NCBI GenBank assembly: GCA_000092065.1
Contig: CP000592.1
DNA: 64,000 nt
Direction: 5' to 3' (one strand)
Origin: Ostreococcus lucimarinus
Taxonomy: Eukaryota
The translations under genes were made by a program, and so were the position numbers. Under the pieces are notes generated by a model. That model ran no database searches. It saw only the letters and a program-made list of their open reading frames with translations, and had not been told where the DNA came from. Below, in pieces: positions 45,934 to 58,253 of the stretch. Each line of letters begins with the position of its first letter. Position 1 is the first letter of the stretch.

Positions 45934-47435
45934 TGACGACGGCGATGGGTTCGGCGCGGTGCGCGGTGCTGGGACGCGCGCGCGCGACGACGCGCGCGAC
46001 GATGACGACGACGACGACGGCGCGGACGCGCGCGGGACGAGGGACGCGAGCGACGCGGACGGCGCGGACGACGCGCGTCGTGCGGTTCGTCGCGACGCGG
46101 GCGACGCGGGACGGCGTCGCGCGGGCGTCGAGCGCGAAGACGAACGTGCTCGTCGTGGGGGGGGGGGGGAGGGAGCACGCGCTGTGCTGGAGGTTGGCGT
46201 CGAGCGCGAGCGCGGGGACGCTGTATTGCGCGCCGGGAAACGCGGGGATCGCGCGCGAGCGCGGCGTGGAGACGGTGACGCTGAATGAGAGCGATCACGC
46301 GGCGGTGGTGGGGTTCTGTCGAGAGCGATCGATCGGGCTGGTGGTGGTCGGACCCGAGGCGCCGCTCGTGGACGGGTTGGCGGACGCGCTCGCGGCGGCG
46401 GGCGTGCCGGTGTTCGGGCCGAGCAAGAGCGCGGCGCGGTTGGAGGGATCGAAGGCGTTTATGAAGGATTTGTGCGCCAAGTATAAGATTCCGACCGCGG
46501 AGTACGCCAAGTTTACGGACGCGGCGAAGGCGAAGGCGTACATCGAGTCCAAGGGCGCGCCCATCGTCGTCAAGACGGATGGCTTAGCCGCGGGTAAGGG
46601 CGTGATCGTGGCCATGGAGATCGAAGACGCGTTGAACGCGGTCGATGATATGCTTTCGGGCGCCATGTTCGGCAGCGCCGGCGAGGAAATCGTCGTGGAG
46701 GAGTTTTTGGACGGCGAGGAGGCGTCCTTTTTCGCCGTCGTCGGCGGCGGCAAAGCCGTGGCGCTGGCGAGCGCGCAAGACCACAAGCGCGTGGGCGACG
46801 GCGATACCGGCTTGAACACGGGTGGTATGGGTGCGTACTCTCCCGCTCCCGTCGTCACGCCCGAGATCACGGACGTGGTGATGCGAGACATCATCAAGCC
46901 GACGGTGGACGGCATGGCTGCCGAAGGGTGCCCGTTCACGGGTGTCATTTTCGCCGGATTGATGATCTCCAAGGATGGCACGGTGAAACTTTTGGAGCAC
47001 AACATCAGATTCGGTGATCCCGAGTGCCAAGTTTTGATGGCGCGACTCACGAGCGACCTGACGGCGCTCCTTCTCGCCGCCGCCACGGGGACGCTCGAAA
47101 ACGCCGAGGTGACGTGGTCCGACGACTCCGCCGTCGTCGTCGTCATGGCTGCCGAAGGCTATCCGGGCTCGTACGCCAAGGGCGAAAAAATCACCAACCT
47201 CGACGCCGCGGGCGCGATCGACGGGGTGAAAGTCCTTCACGCCGGCACCGCTTCCGACGCCGACGGCGACGTCGTCTCCAGCGGCGGACGCGTCCTCGGC
47301 GTCACCGCCTACGGATCCTCCATCACCGAAGCCGCCGAGCGCGCGTACGAGGCCGTGGACGTCATCGAATGGCCGGGCGGTTTCACTCGCAGAGACATCG
47401 GCTGGCGCGCCATCGCCCGCGAAAAGGCTCGATAA
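45795..47435 (+). CDS. purD: Phosphoribosylamine--glycine ligase (GAR synthetase, PurD) with a transit peptide
   Basis: [15 protein letters not shown], the ATP-grasp region and a C-terminus [18 protein letters not shown] that matches bacterial PurD ends. ATG at 45795. The N-terminal 110 aa are T/A/R-rich. Confidence 0.9.
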
Positions 47436-47483
47436 TATCAATAATTAAACGCCTCCCTCGCGTAACCGACGCGTCCGCAGAGC

Positions 47484-48062
47484 ATGACGTCGCGCCGCGC
47501 CGCCGCCGCCGTCGTCGTCTCTCATCCCGCCGTCTCCCGGCGCGCGCGCCGCGGCGGCGAATCTGCGACCGCGCGTCGCGCGTCCACGGCCTCGCGCGCG
47601 TCGCGCGTCGGCGTCGAGCGCATCGCCGCGCTCACGTCGCTGTCCGCGGAAACGCTCGAGCGGCTCGACGCCGAATCGCTCGACGCTCGACGCATCGTCG
47701 CTCGGCTCGTGCTGCTGCGCGCGCTCGTGGGCGACGAGAGCGACGTCTCGCACATGATCGCCGTCGAGCCGCGCTTGCTGTCGCAGCGCGCGAACGACGA
47801 GGATTTTGAGCGCAGGGCGCGGGACGCGTTGGAGGCGCTGGAGCGGCGCGTGCGCTGGGACAACGTGCGGAAGTTTTTGATCGAACGCGAGCCCGGGCTG
47901 CTGTTGGGAGACGGCGGACGTCCGCGACTGGACGAAATTAGGGACTTTGCGAGCGAGCACGAGGCGAATCTGAGCGCCATCGCGGGCGACGGAACGTCGT
48001 GGCTCGACGTCGGCGGACAAAGGTTCGTGGAGAATTTTCTCGTGAGCCACTACTACGATTGA
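47484..48062 (+). CDS. Hypothetical protein (192 aa) with a presequence-like N-terminus
   Basis: ATG at 47484, only 49 bp after the purD stop. The sequence looks protein-like (WDNVRKFLIEREPGLLLGDGGRPRLDEIRDFA). The overlapping minus-strand ORF looks like antisense noise. Confidence 0.45.
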   Translation: MTSRRAAAAVVVSHPAVSRRARRGGESATARRASTASRASRVGVERIAALTSLSAETLERLDAESLDARRIVARLVLLRALVGDESDVSHMIAVEPRLLSQRANDEDFERRARDALEALERRVRWDNVRKFLIEREPGLLLGDGGRPRLDEIRDFASEHEANLSAIAGDGTSWLDVGGQRFVENFLVSHYYD

Positions 48063-48117
48063 TGTCATCTCGTGTACTACATACAAGCTAGCGTATACAA
48101 ACAAATCCCCCTCCCTC

Positions 48118-49890
48118 CTAAAATTCTTCCATCTTTCGCACCGTTCTGTCGCGTTTCGCGCGTGCCTCGATGAATTCGGCGCGCGCGCGCGCGAGCGCGG
48201 AATTGACGCTGTTCAAACCGTTGAATTGACGGGCGCCGCGCGGCGAATCGGCCACCATGAAGGGACTGTTCGGCGCCGTCGCCGAACGCCGGCGAATGAC
48301 GACGAATTCTTCGCCATCCGATTCTTCGTCCGAGACTTCGTGAACGTGCAGTTTTTTCGTGCTCGTCGACGCGCCGTTCGCGCGCGCGAAGCGCGAGGAG
48401 ACCCTGGGCGGCGTGCGCGCGACGTGCTCGAGCATCGCGTGTTCGCGAACGCTGTTGCGTCTCGCGTCTTGCTCGAGCAACGCGTTGATCTCGCCCGTGA
48501 GCTCGTTCGAGCGTTTTTCAGTCTCTTGAAGCCTGACGCGCGCGTCCTTTTCGCGCGCGTACGCTCGATCCAACTCGCGTCGCAGCGCGTTTCTCTCTTC
48601 CTCCAGCGCCCCGAGGCGCGAGTCGAGCGACTCGATGTACGCCTCGGCTTCCGCCTGCTTGGCTCGCATCTCCTGCAAGCTGCGCTGATGCGCCTCGGAC
48701 GCGCTCGCCATGGCGTTGCTCACGTGCATGGAGGCTTGCGCCGACGCCGCGTCCATGGCGTCAATCTCTTGGAGCAAACCTTCGACGCGCGCTTCGCTCG
48801 CCGCGAGCTGTTCCTCGAGCTTGTCTTTGAGCTGACGCTGTTTATCGAGCGTTTCGTTCAAGCGCGCGCCTTCGGACGCGAGGTCCTCCGCGCGACGCTT
48901 CAGCGTCGCGATTTCCGCGTCCTTCTCTCGCGCGGACAGGGAGAGACGACGCGTCTCCTGATCCGCGTCTTCTTGAGATCGCTCGAGTCGTCGCAGCTCG
49001 ACTTCCAGCTTGTTGACCACGACGCTGCGCTCCTCTAAAACCGTCTCCATCTCGGCGCGAAGCTCCGCGGACTCTCGCCGCGACGCGTTCAACTGCTCGC
49101 GCAGCTCGCTTTCGATCGCGTCGCTGCTTTCGGCGAGCGTGTGCATCCGCCTTTGCACCTCGGCCAACGTCTCCTGTAACTCGCGTCGCTCGGCTTCAAT
49201 CTCGCGCATCTCGGCGCCTCGGCTTCGTCCGCTCTTCACGTCCGGCGTCCTGTAGAGCTTTTTACCACCGCTGCTCGGCGACGAGCGCTCGAGCGCCATG
49301 TCTTCGAGCAATCGCTCCACCTCCGCCCGCAGCCGCGCTTCGTACGCCTCGACGTCATCCGACGACGGCGGTCGCGCCCTCGCGTACGCCAACTTTGTCT
49401 CGTAATCCGCGCACGCCGCGACGTGCGCGTCCAAAACCGCCGTCAGCAAATCCCCCACGCGCTCCCGCGTCGTCCCATCGCGCTCGATCCAAATCATCGG
49501 ATCGTTCTCCGCCGCGCGCGCGACGTCCGCCTCCACCAATCCGCGCTCGGCGCACGCCGTCGCGAACGCCGTCGCCGCGCGACACACGTCCTCCAGCGCT
49601 CCCTCCGCCGTCGCGCACCGCGCTAACGCTTCCGCCTCGCGCGCCGACGCGCGCTCGCGCTCTTCCGCTGACCGTTCACCGTCCGCGCGCGCCCGCGCGA
49701 GGCGCTCGCCCGCGGCCTCGGCGTCGTCCCTCGCCGCGTCGCGCTCGAGCGCCCTGGCGCGTCGCTCGAGCGCGAGCGCGCGCTCGAGCTCGTCCGCGCG
49801 CGTCGTCGCGCGCGCCCGCGTCGTCGGCGGGTCCGCGGCGACCGTCGCGTCGACGCGGTCGCCGCGACGCCGCGTCGACGGCCATCGCAT
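48118..49890 (-). CDS. Long coiled-coil protein (structural or tethering-type), function unknown
   Basis: Heptad-rich E/R/A/L sequence throughout. The chosen start ATG (49888-49890, MRWPSTRRR) is the first Met that does not overlap tubulin exon 1. The listed ORF extends antisense across alpha-tubulin exon 1, and that part is rejected. Confidence 0.55.
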   Translation of the reverse strand: MRWPSTRRRGDRVDATVAADPPTTRARATTRADELERALALERRARALERDAARDDAEAAGERLARARADGERSAEERERASAREAEALARCATAEGALEDVCRAATAFATACAERGLVEADVARAAENDPMIWIERDGTTRERVGDLLTAVLDAHVAACADYETKLAYARARPPSSDDVEAYEARLRAEVERLLEDMALERSSPSSGGKKLYRTPDVKSGRSRGAEMREIEAERRELQETLAEVQRRMHTLAESSDAIESELREQLNASRRESAELRAEMETVLEERSVVVNKLEVELRRLERSQEDADQETRRLSLSAREKDAEIATLKRRAEDLASEGARLNETLDKQRQLKDKLEEQLAASEARVEGLLQEIDAMDAASAQASMHVSNAMASASEAHQRSLQEMRAKQAEAEAYIESLDSRLGALEEERNALRRELDRAYAREKDARVRLQETEKRSNELTGEINALLEQDARRNSVREHAMLEHVARTPPRVSSRFARANGASTSTKKLHVHEVSDEESDGEEFVVIRRRSATAPNSPFMVADSPRGARQFNGLNSVNSALARARAEFIEARAKRDRTVRKMEEF

Positions 49891-50123
49891 CGCGACGCGA
49901 TGTGCGGGCGCGGCCTCAATCGACGGGTCGTGACTCAGCGACGAGGGACTCGAGGGGGACCACCGCGACTTCGAACGGCCCGCGAACGCCTCGAGCGGCA
50001 CTTCTCGAAGCGCGTCATCGCCGCAGCGACCTCGAATCGCTCGCCGACGACCGCGTGCGCCTCGACGAATCGGTCGGTGACGCGAATTTACGCGCGCGTG
50101 CGACGGACCGAACGACCGACGCC

Positions 50124-51659
<1,536 letters not shown>

Positions 51660-51902
51660 TCGCCGCCGCCCCGTCGCGTGGCGGCGCTCGCTGGCGGCGC
51701 CGTCGCGGTAACGCGAGTCAGCGCCGCCTACCGCACTCGATACGATGATACGATGACCCGAAACAATGTCGGGCATAACAAAACGAGCACGACGCTCGCG
51801 AGATCCGCGCGACCGCGTCGATGTAACGCTACAATTTCACTCACCTTTACCTCGCGAGGTCGCCGTCCGGGTTCGTCCCACTAAAAATTTCAGACATTTT
51901 CC

Positions 51903-51928
51903 CATCCCACTACAAGCGTAGTGGGATG
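51903..51928. promoter_or_regulatory. Perfect 11-bp inverted repeat (catcccactac aagc gtagtgggatg) overlapping the ATG of the downstream ORF
   Basis: Seen directly. The motif tcccacta also occurs at 51868-51875. Confidence 0.4.
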
Positions 51929-53395
51929 AATCAGACACTTTCGAAAATCGCGCGCCACGACGCGACGCGCGCGCCGAACGTGCTCAAACCGTTCGTCTCC
52001 ATCGTTTCACGCCGTCCTCGAACCCCGCCGGAGTTCGTCGTCAGATTTTCCGGACAGATTTTCCGGACGGGTCTCCGCACAGCGCGCGTCATCGGCGCCC
52101 ATCGCGCGATGACGCTCGCCGACGCCGCGCGCGCGTGCGTCCCGACGCCCGCCGACGCCTCGTCCGACGACTTCGCGTCGGCCGCGTTCGACCGTCTGCG
52201 CGCGCTGCGCGACGGCGCGCGCGATTTGGAACCGGCGCGCGCGTCGGCGATTCGTCGGATGCCGACGAATCGCGAAGCCTCCGGATCGGCGCGGCTCGTG
52301 GAAGAGATCTCGTCCGACGACGTCGCGCCGACGTCCGAGTCCGAGTCCGCGCTCGCGCTGCTCGCGTGCGCGGCGCACGGCGCGCTCGGCGACGGCGACG
52401 TCCCGAGGTGGTCGAACGCGCGACTGAGCGCGCTCGCGGCGGAGACGTACGACGACGGATTCAAAGCCAGAGGTCCCGACGCCGTGATCGATAGTTTTTT
52501 GGAGGCGTACGGGCGCGCGGACGCGCCGGCGGCGCCGGCGGCGTCGTTCGGGGCGAACGCGGAGTCGGACGCGCGCGCCGCGGAGATCGCGGCGCGGCAA
52601 CTGTCGTGGTGCTTGGAGCGAGACGAGTTGTATCTGGGAAGCCCGTCGAGGACGCGCGAGGTCGTGGCGGTCGCGATGCCGCGCGTGTTGAGAGCGTTGG
52701 ATTACCCGTCGGAAGGGGTGAGGACGAGCGGCGCGATGTCTGCGAGGGCGCTGTCGAGGCGCGCGACGGGATTCGATTGGCGCGCGGGACCGGGCGCCGT
52801 GTTGCTCGACGCGTGTCGGTCCGCATTGATAGGCGCGAGCGCGGAGGTTTGGCCGCACGCCTTGGACGTCGCGTGCGCGTTGACGGGCGTCGTCGCGAGG
52901 GACGCGGGAATCGAGGAATATCGCAAGACGTTCTCGCGAGCCATCGACTGCGCGCGCTTGCGCGGGACGGAGACGGCGTACGCCGCGCCGCTGCTCGCGT
53001 CGTTTCCGAATTTGATTCGCGACGCGAAGGCGTGCGTCGCGGTGCACCTCGATCGTTTGCTCCCGCTTTTGTGCGCGTACATGCAATCGCACAAGGACGA
53101 CGTCGCCGTCGGCGCGGCGTCGCTCGTCGCGCTCGTCGTCGAAAACGCCTGGCCGCGCGCGCGCGCGCACTGCGAGTCGATGTGGCCGCACGTGAAGCGC
53201 GCGTACGCCGAAGCGGACGGTCGATCAGCGGTGAGCTGCGATAAATTACGCGCCGAGCTCGAACGCGTCGTCGAACTCGTGCAACTCGCGGCGGGGGGGG
53301 AATTCACGCGAGTGTGGAAGAGCGACGAAGACGTTCCGGCGCACGCCGTCGGTTTGGTTCGATTCCTCGCCGCGCTCCCGGCGACGCGCGCGTAG
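51926..53395 (+). CDS. Hypothetical alpha-helical protein (489 aa)
   Basis: A long ORF with a real ATG and protein-like composition. No family recognised. The real start may be a downstream Met (MTLADAARA). Confidence 0.5.
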   Translation: MNQTLSKIARHDATRAPNVLKPFVSIVSRRPRTPPEFVVRFSGQIFRTGLRTARVIGAHRAMTLADAARACVPTPADASSDDFASAAFDRLRALRDGARDLEPARASAIRRMPTNREASGSARLVEEISSDDVAPTSESESALALLACAAHGALGDGDVPRWSNARLSALAAETYDDGFKARGPDAVIDSFLEAYGRADAPAAPAASFGANAESDARAAEIAARQLSWCLERDELYLGSPSRTREVVAVAMPRVLRALDYPSEGVRTSGAMSARALSRRATGFDWRAGPGAVLLDACRSALIGASAEVWPHALDVACALTGVVARDAGIEEYRKTFSRAIDCARLRGTETAYAAPLLASFPNLIRDAKACVAVHLDRLLPLLCAYMQSHKDDVAVGAASLVALVVENAWPRARAHCESMWPHVKRAYAEADGRSAVSCDKLRAELERVVELVQLAAGGEFTRVWKSDEDVPAHAVGLVRFLAALPATRA

Positions 53396-53520
53396 CTCAG
53401 ACGAACCACCACCACCGCCCTGTACATCATACTGTAACATACTACTAGCGCGTACAAGTGTAATTACAACTGCCCGACTGATTGCCGGTGAAACGGGGGC
53501 GCTCGATTCGACGCGTCGCG

Positions 53521-54930
53521 TCACTCGTGCAGCAATTTCAAGTTTAAATTCGGAAATCCGCTCGCGCCCTTGTGCTTTGCGAACAAGCGCGCCACCTCGC
53601 GGTAATACGCCGCGTGAGCGATCTCAACGTCGCTCTCCCTCGCTCGTCCCGCGTCATCGGGCTCGGGAAGCGACATCGGGTCGCCGACGACGAACGTGAG
53701 CGGCACTCGGGCCGGAATCGGGAGAATGCCGAGGTAGCCCACCGCTAAAAGCGGCGTCGCGACGCGAAAGCGTCTGTACAAATATCGACCGGGGTGCCGC
53801 AAGAGATTGCGCCAGCTGCTACTCTCGCCGAAACACACGACGGGCACGAGACGCGCTTTTTCTTCGATGGCGAGTCGAACGAACCCGCGATGTTTCGTGC
53901 AGAGCGTGATGGTCTCCTCCTTCAATCCGCCGACGTGCTCGCACATCTCGCCCTGACCGCCCGGACACACGACGACCGCGCGCTCGTGACGAAGCGTCGA
54001 ACGAAATATTTCTTGCGACACGCTGCGCACGCCCAACCACGCGGCGAGCTCTCGCACGAACGGCGGCTTGAAAAGAACGCTCGCGGCCAACGTCACGGGC
54101 TTGACGTTTTCAAAGCGACGACCAAACTGAGGTAAAAAGTGAAACCACACGGCGCCCGCCGGAATGAGCGAGTGCGGGTGATAGGCAAAGACGAGAGGCG
54201 TCGAGCCCGCGCCGTGCGCGCCGTCGTGAATCATGCGCACGCTCCCGTGCCACGCCTTCGCCGCGCCCTCTATCCATCGCGACGACCACGCTCGAAACGC
54301 GTCCCACTTCCGGCGCCCGCGCTCGAGATCGCGCTGCAAGAAATACGTGCTCGCGTACAGAACAACGATGGACGCCAGCGCTCCCGACGACCCGAGCGCG
54401 TACACCGTCGCCAGCGTCGCGAAAATCACCGCGTGCGGCGCGTGCAACACGTGCGCGATGGACAACAGCGTCGCGACGCGCGCGACGTCTCTAAAATCCA
54501 AACCTTCCCTTCCCCTCGCCGCGCCTCGCCCCGCCTCGCCCTCGTCCTGGACGTCGAAGAACGCCAGCGACGCCGCCACCGCCGCCTCGCTCGCGACGCT
54601 CAGTCCCAGGCTCGTCCAACTCAGCGCCGCCACCGCCAGTCGCCGCTCGCGCGTCCCGTCGTCCCTCGCGTCCCTCGCGTCTCGCCACACCAGCGTCCCG
54701 CACGCCATCACGCACGCCAGCGACGCGCTCGCCAGCGTCCATCCGATCGCTTGCGCCAGCGTGAACCTCCACGATCGTCCTCGCGCGAACGGTTGCCACG
54801 CGCGCCATCCTCGTCCTCCGAACAGCGCGCCACCGACGCCAAAGTTCGTGATCGCCACCGCGAGCAGGCACGCGAGCGCGCCCGCGGACGGCGCGCGCCA
54901 ATCGATCGCCGCGTCCGCGGGCGCGCGCAT
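53521..54930 (-). CDS. Diacylglycerol acyltransferase type 2 (DGAT2/MGAT family)
   Basis: N-terminal TM helices, a YHPHS motif (the HPHG-box equivalent), and FVRLAIEEKARLVPVVCFGE..PLTFVVGDP typical of DGAT2. ATG at 54928-54930. Confidence 0.8.
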   Translation of the reverse strand: MRAPADAAIDWRAPSAGALACLLAVAITNFGVGGALFGGRGWRAWQPFARGRSWRFTLAQAIGWTLASASLACVMACGTLVWRDARDARDDGTRERRLAVAALSWTSLGLSVASEAAVAASLAFFDVQDEGEAGRGAARGREGLDFRDVARVATLLSIAHVLHAPHAVIFATLATVYALGSSGALASIVVLYASTYFLQRDLERGRRKWDAFRAWSSRWIEGAAKAWHGSVRMIHDGAHGAGSTPLVFAYHPHSLIPAGAVWFHFLPQFGRRFENVKPVTLAASVLFKPPFVRELAAWLGVRSVSQEIFRSTLRHERAVVVCPGGQGEMCEHVGGLKEETITLCTKHRGFVRLAIEEKARLVPVVCFGESSSWRNLLRHPGRYLYRRFRVATPLLAVGYLGILPIPARVPLTFVVGDPMSLPEPDDAGRARESDVEIAHAAYYREVARLFAKHKGASGFPNLNLKLLHE

Positions 54931-54960
54931 CGACCGCTCGCGCGTCGACGTGTGCGCGGC

Positions 54961-55008
54961 GTTCCGATTCCGATTCGATTCCGATTCGATTCGATTCGAT
55001 TCGATTCG
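54961..55008. repeat. (GATTC/CGATTC)n microsatellite
   Basis: gttccgattccgattcgattccgattcgattcgattcgattcgattcgcg fills much of the 165-bp divergent DGAT2/SENP promoter. Confidence 0.9.
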
Positions 55009-55095
55009 CGCGCGTCGCGTCGCGACGGACGCACACGGCGCCGCGCGGGCGCGCCGCGCGGGCGCGACGGCGACGACCTCGCGCGCGATCGCGCG

Positions 55096-57681
55096 ATGGC
55101 CGTCGACGAGGACGACGACGAGGACGCGCGCGACGAGGACGGATCGATCGCGAACTCGGACGCGCTCGAGACGCGACGACGGAGGACGCGCGACGACGAC
55201 GACGGGACGACGACGACGAGGACGACGACGACGATGGACGCGCGGATGCGGCGCGCGAGGCGCGAGCACGAGAAAATCGCGCGAACGTACGCGGAGGCGC
55301 ACGAGAACGTGGGGACGAGGGAAAACGGGACGACGCGCGACGCCGACGCGCTGCGAAGGGAACGCGTCAAGACGAGTCATCTGATAGCCAAGGTGAACGA
55401 AACGAAAGTCGGCGCGAACGCGACGCTGGTGAGAAGGAAGGAGTATTTAGACCGGATGATCGCGAACGCGGAGGAACGGGAGGCGTTGATGGAGGACGGC
55501 GGATCGGAGGCGCGAGGCGGAGGCGCGGCGACGACGACGACGCGCCGGGACGCGCCGCAGGAATGGACGACGATGGGGCAGATGGCGGAGAGAAAGTCGC
55601 CGGCGAAGTCGCTGAGGGAGCGCGATGCGAGAGATTTCCAGCCGGAAAAGTATAGATTTGACGACGAAAAGGCGTCGCCGAGCGCGGCGGAGGCTGTCAA
55701 CGGGTTGAGCAGAGCGTTGGACGACATAGACGGAGATTTAGGGTCGATGTCGTCTCTGTCGCCCGATAGATATCCAGGACGAAAAGAAACGGCGAGTTGG
55801 GACACGTTAGCGCGACAACCGACGTCGCACGGCAGTAGACAGTTGGACGCCGCGCTCGGGCGCGCGGGGGCTCCCGAGGCGAAGTCGACGCCGACGACGA
55901 TTTCGACGTACTTTAAGAAGAGCGCGGGTGCGACGCAGCCGACGACGACGACCGCCGCTGTGGACGATTTCGCCGCTGCTGCGACCGACAAGAGTCGCGA
56001 GCGTCTGCCGATGTCGCCGCCGCCGCCCAAGCGTCGAGCGAAGTCGACGCGCGGCGACCCGGCGTCTCCCATGGTGGTGGATCTTCTGGAGACGAGCGAC
56101 GAGGAGAACCCGTTGGAGAACGAGTCAAGAGGGGTGCAAAGCTTGGATCCAGTGAGTCTTACGAGCGAGAATGGTGAAATTCGCCGATCGACGCGCTCGA
56201 GTAGGTATCGCTCGCTGCAGAACACCGTCGGCAACTTGGCGACGGATTACCCAGACTCGAAGACGAAGGGGTCGGTGCAAATCACTCTCGGCGACTTGGA
56301 GCACCTCAGAGACGGCGAGATGCTGAACGATCAGTGCGTGGACTTTTATTTGAAGTACATTCAAGTGGAAATGTTGGGCGCGAACGCGTTTGAGATATTA
56401 GACAAGGTGCACATTTTTAACAGCTTTTTCTATCAAAAGCTCGCGCAAAAGCACGATAGAGATCGAAGCAACGTCGACGCCGCGACGGCATCGCACGCAC
56501 GCGTGAAGAATTGGACCAAGGGTGTGGATATCTTTACGAAAAGCTTTCTCATGATTCCCGTGCACAGCAATTTGCATTGGTCTTTAGTCATCGTTTGCTA
56601 TCCAAACGGTACTGATGAGCGCCAACCGATGATGCTCCATCTCGACAGCATGACGCAACATGGCGGGCACAACTCAGAAGTCGTGTCGAAGACGGTCCGG
56701 CGTTACCTGAGCAAAGAATGGAAAACGCAAAAGGGCGACGACACTGAATCAAAATTCGACGCTCGATACATGCCAACGTATCGCGTCAATGTTCCGAGAC
56801 AAAACAATGGTTGCGACTGCGGCGTTTTCATTTTGGCCTTTCTCGAAAAGTTTTTAACCGAACAACCCGAGATTTTGAAGAAGAGCGATGTTCAACGCGC
56901 GGCGCAAAAGCGCTCGTTTGGAATGGACGATGCGGGCAAGTTTCTACGAAAGAACTGGTTTCCCAACGAGTTCGTGGACGAATTGCGCGCCAAGTTGAGT
57001 CTCCTCGTCATCCAGCGCATTCAGGCTTCGCTCGCGGAAAACGACGCGTCAAAGCTCATTCTCAACGCGGCAAATGAAGAGCAAATGAAAGACTATGAGC
57101 ATCGGCAGTGGCGAACGAAACAAGCGGTTTCAAAGGCTGAGCGTGACCGTAAGAAGAGAATGGAAGCCATGGAAGCGGAGCGAAGACGCAAGCTCGAGCC
57201 GCAAGACCTCTCTGACGACGACGACGCCAAAACCAAAGCCTCCGACGCCAAGGATGTAGACTTTGAGATTTCTCGCGAAGTCAGGGTGAAGAAACAGCCG
57301 ACGAAGACTAGGCAGACGCAGATATTCTCGGGATCCCACTGGAACAAGGCGAGAGAGAAAGAACCCGTGCGCGAGGAGACTCGCGACGAGAAGCCATTCG
57401 AACCCTTCGCGGGCCCGTCGTACAAAATCGGGCGACACACGCGCGCGCGTGCGCCTTCTCCGAGCGCTGATTGGACGAGCGGAACGACCCGTCCCAAGTA
57501 TGGTAACGCCAACCTTTTGAAACGAGCGGAACGATCGCGAGCGAAGCAAAACGGGGAAGAGGAACGGAGCGCCGCCGACGACGAATCCCCGGGCCAGGCC
57601 AAGGCGAAGCTCAACGACGCGAATGAAAAACTTTCCGAGAGAATCAAGGGGATGACGTCTCGAGTGTTCTCGACGAAATAG
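55096..57681 (+). CDS. Ulp1/SENP-type SUMO-specific protease (peptidase C48)
   Basis: The C-terminal C48 domain is clear (MLNDQCVDFYLKY..KSFLMIPVHSNLHWSLVIV..QNNGCDCGVFILAFLEKF), with catalytic His, Asp and Cys. The N-terminus is low-complexity and acidic. The first ATG that does not overlap DGAT2 is at 55096. Confidence 0.8.
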   Translation: MAVDEDDDEDARDEDGSIANSDALETRRRRTRDDDDGTTTTRTTTTMDARMRRARREHEKIARTYAEAHENVGTRENGTTRDADALRRERVKTSHLIAKVNETKVGANATLVRRKEYLDRMIANAEEREALMEDGGSEARGGGAATTTTRRDAPQEWTTMGQMAERKSPAKSLRERDARDFQPEKYRFDDEKASPSAAEAVNGLSRALDDIDGDLGSMSSLSPDRYPGRKETASWDTLARQPTSHGSRQLDAALGRAGAPEAKSTPTTISTYFKKSAGATQPTTTTAAVDDFAAAATDKSRERLPMSPPPPKRRAKSTRGDPASPMVVDLLETSDEENPLENESRGVQSLDPVSLTSENGEIRRSTRSSRYRSLQNTVGNLATDYPDSKTKGSVQITLGDLEHLRDGEMLNDQCVDFYLKYIQVEMLGANAFEILDKVHIFNSFFYQKLAQKHDRDRSNVDAATASHARVKNWTKGVDIFTKSFLMIPVHSNLHWSLVIVCYPNGTDERQPMMLHLDSMTQHGGHNSEVVSKTVRRYLSKEWKTQKGDDTESKFDARYMPTYRVNVPRQNNGCDCGVFILAFLEKFLTEQPEILKKSDVQRAAQKRSFGMDDAGKFLRKNWFPNEFVDELRAKLSLLVIQRIQASLAENDASKLILNAANEEQMKDYEHRQWRTKQAVSKAERDRKKRMEAMEAERRRKLEPQDLSDDDDAKTKASDAKDVDFEISREVRVKKQPTKTRQTQIFSGSHWNKAREKEPVREETRDEKPFEPFAGPSYKIGRHTRARAPSPSADWTSGTTRPKYGNANLLKRAERSRAKQNGEEERSAADDESPGQAKAKLNDANEKLSERIKGMTSRVFSTK

Positions 57682-57799
57682 AAAGAAACGCGCGCCAAGC
57701 ATTCAGCGAGCGATGTTTACGCGGCGCTCGTCCTAGCGATAGATATGTGATTGATGATTGACGTTGTTTGACGCGACGCCCGCCACACGTCGCCTCGCC

Positions 57800-58189
57800 A
57801 TGCGCGCCGTCCTCCAACGCCTCGCGTCTCGCGCGATCCTCCGCGCCGGACCCGCGCGCAGGCCGCTCGATCGTGCGCTCGCATCGTCATCGTCCTCAGA
57901 CGATCCCGCGCGCGCGATGCGCCCCATGCCCGAAGGCGCCGCGCCCGTCGTCGACGAAGACATGCCCAAACAGGATGAGGAAGAACTTCGACGACGACGC
58001 GCGCAGGCGCTGAAATCGTGGCTGGAGGATGAGTTGGGAACCGAGAAGACGGCGCTCATGGCGGTGTTGGCGAAACACCGGGTGCAGATACCCGGAGGGG
58101 GGGACGAGGCGAAGGCGCTGCTGGAGGAGTTGTTGGAGTGGAAAGCCGAGGGCGTCGTAAACGCGCGTTCGACGGACGCCGCGGATTAG
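57800..58189 (+). CDS. Hypothetical small protein (129 aa) with a mitochondrial-type presequence
   Basis: ATG at 57800 (MRAVLQRLASRAILRAG..). The acidic helical C-terminus reads KSWLEDELGTEKTALMAVLAKH. No family recognised. Confidence 0.35.
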   Translation: MRAVLQRLASRAILRAGPARRPLDRALASSSSSDDPARAMRPMPEGAAPVVDEDMPKQDEEELRRRRAQALKSWLEDELGTEKTALMAVLAKHRVQIPGGGDEAKALLEELLEWKAEGVVNARSTDAAD

Positions 58190-58253
58190 ACTTGATTAGG
58201 AGTTGTGAATTGATTAGCTAGTGACTCTACATACAATCTACGACGATCGCGTC

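Noticed and set aside
47445-48104. 219-aa minus-strand ORF antisense to the 47484-48062 ORF
   Set aside because: Its composition is antisense-like, with hydrophobic and Arg-rich runs and no motifs. The plus-strand frame looks more protein-like and has a real ATG.
54139-55095. 5' extension of the SENP ORF
   Set aside because: It overlaps the DGAT2 coding region on the other strand. The listed ORF start is an artefact of high GC content.
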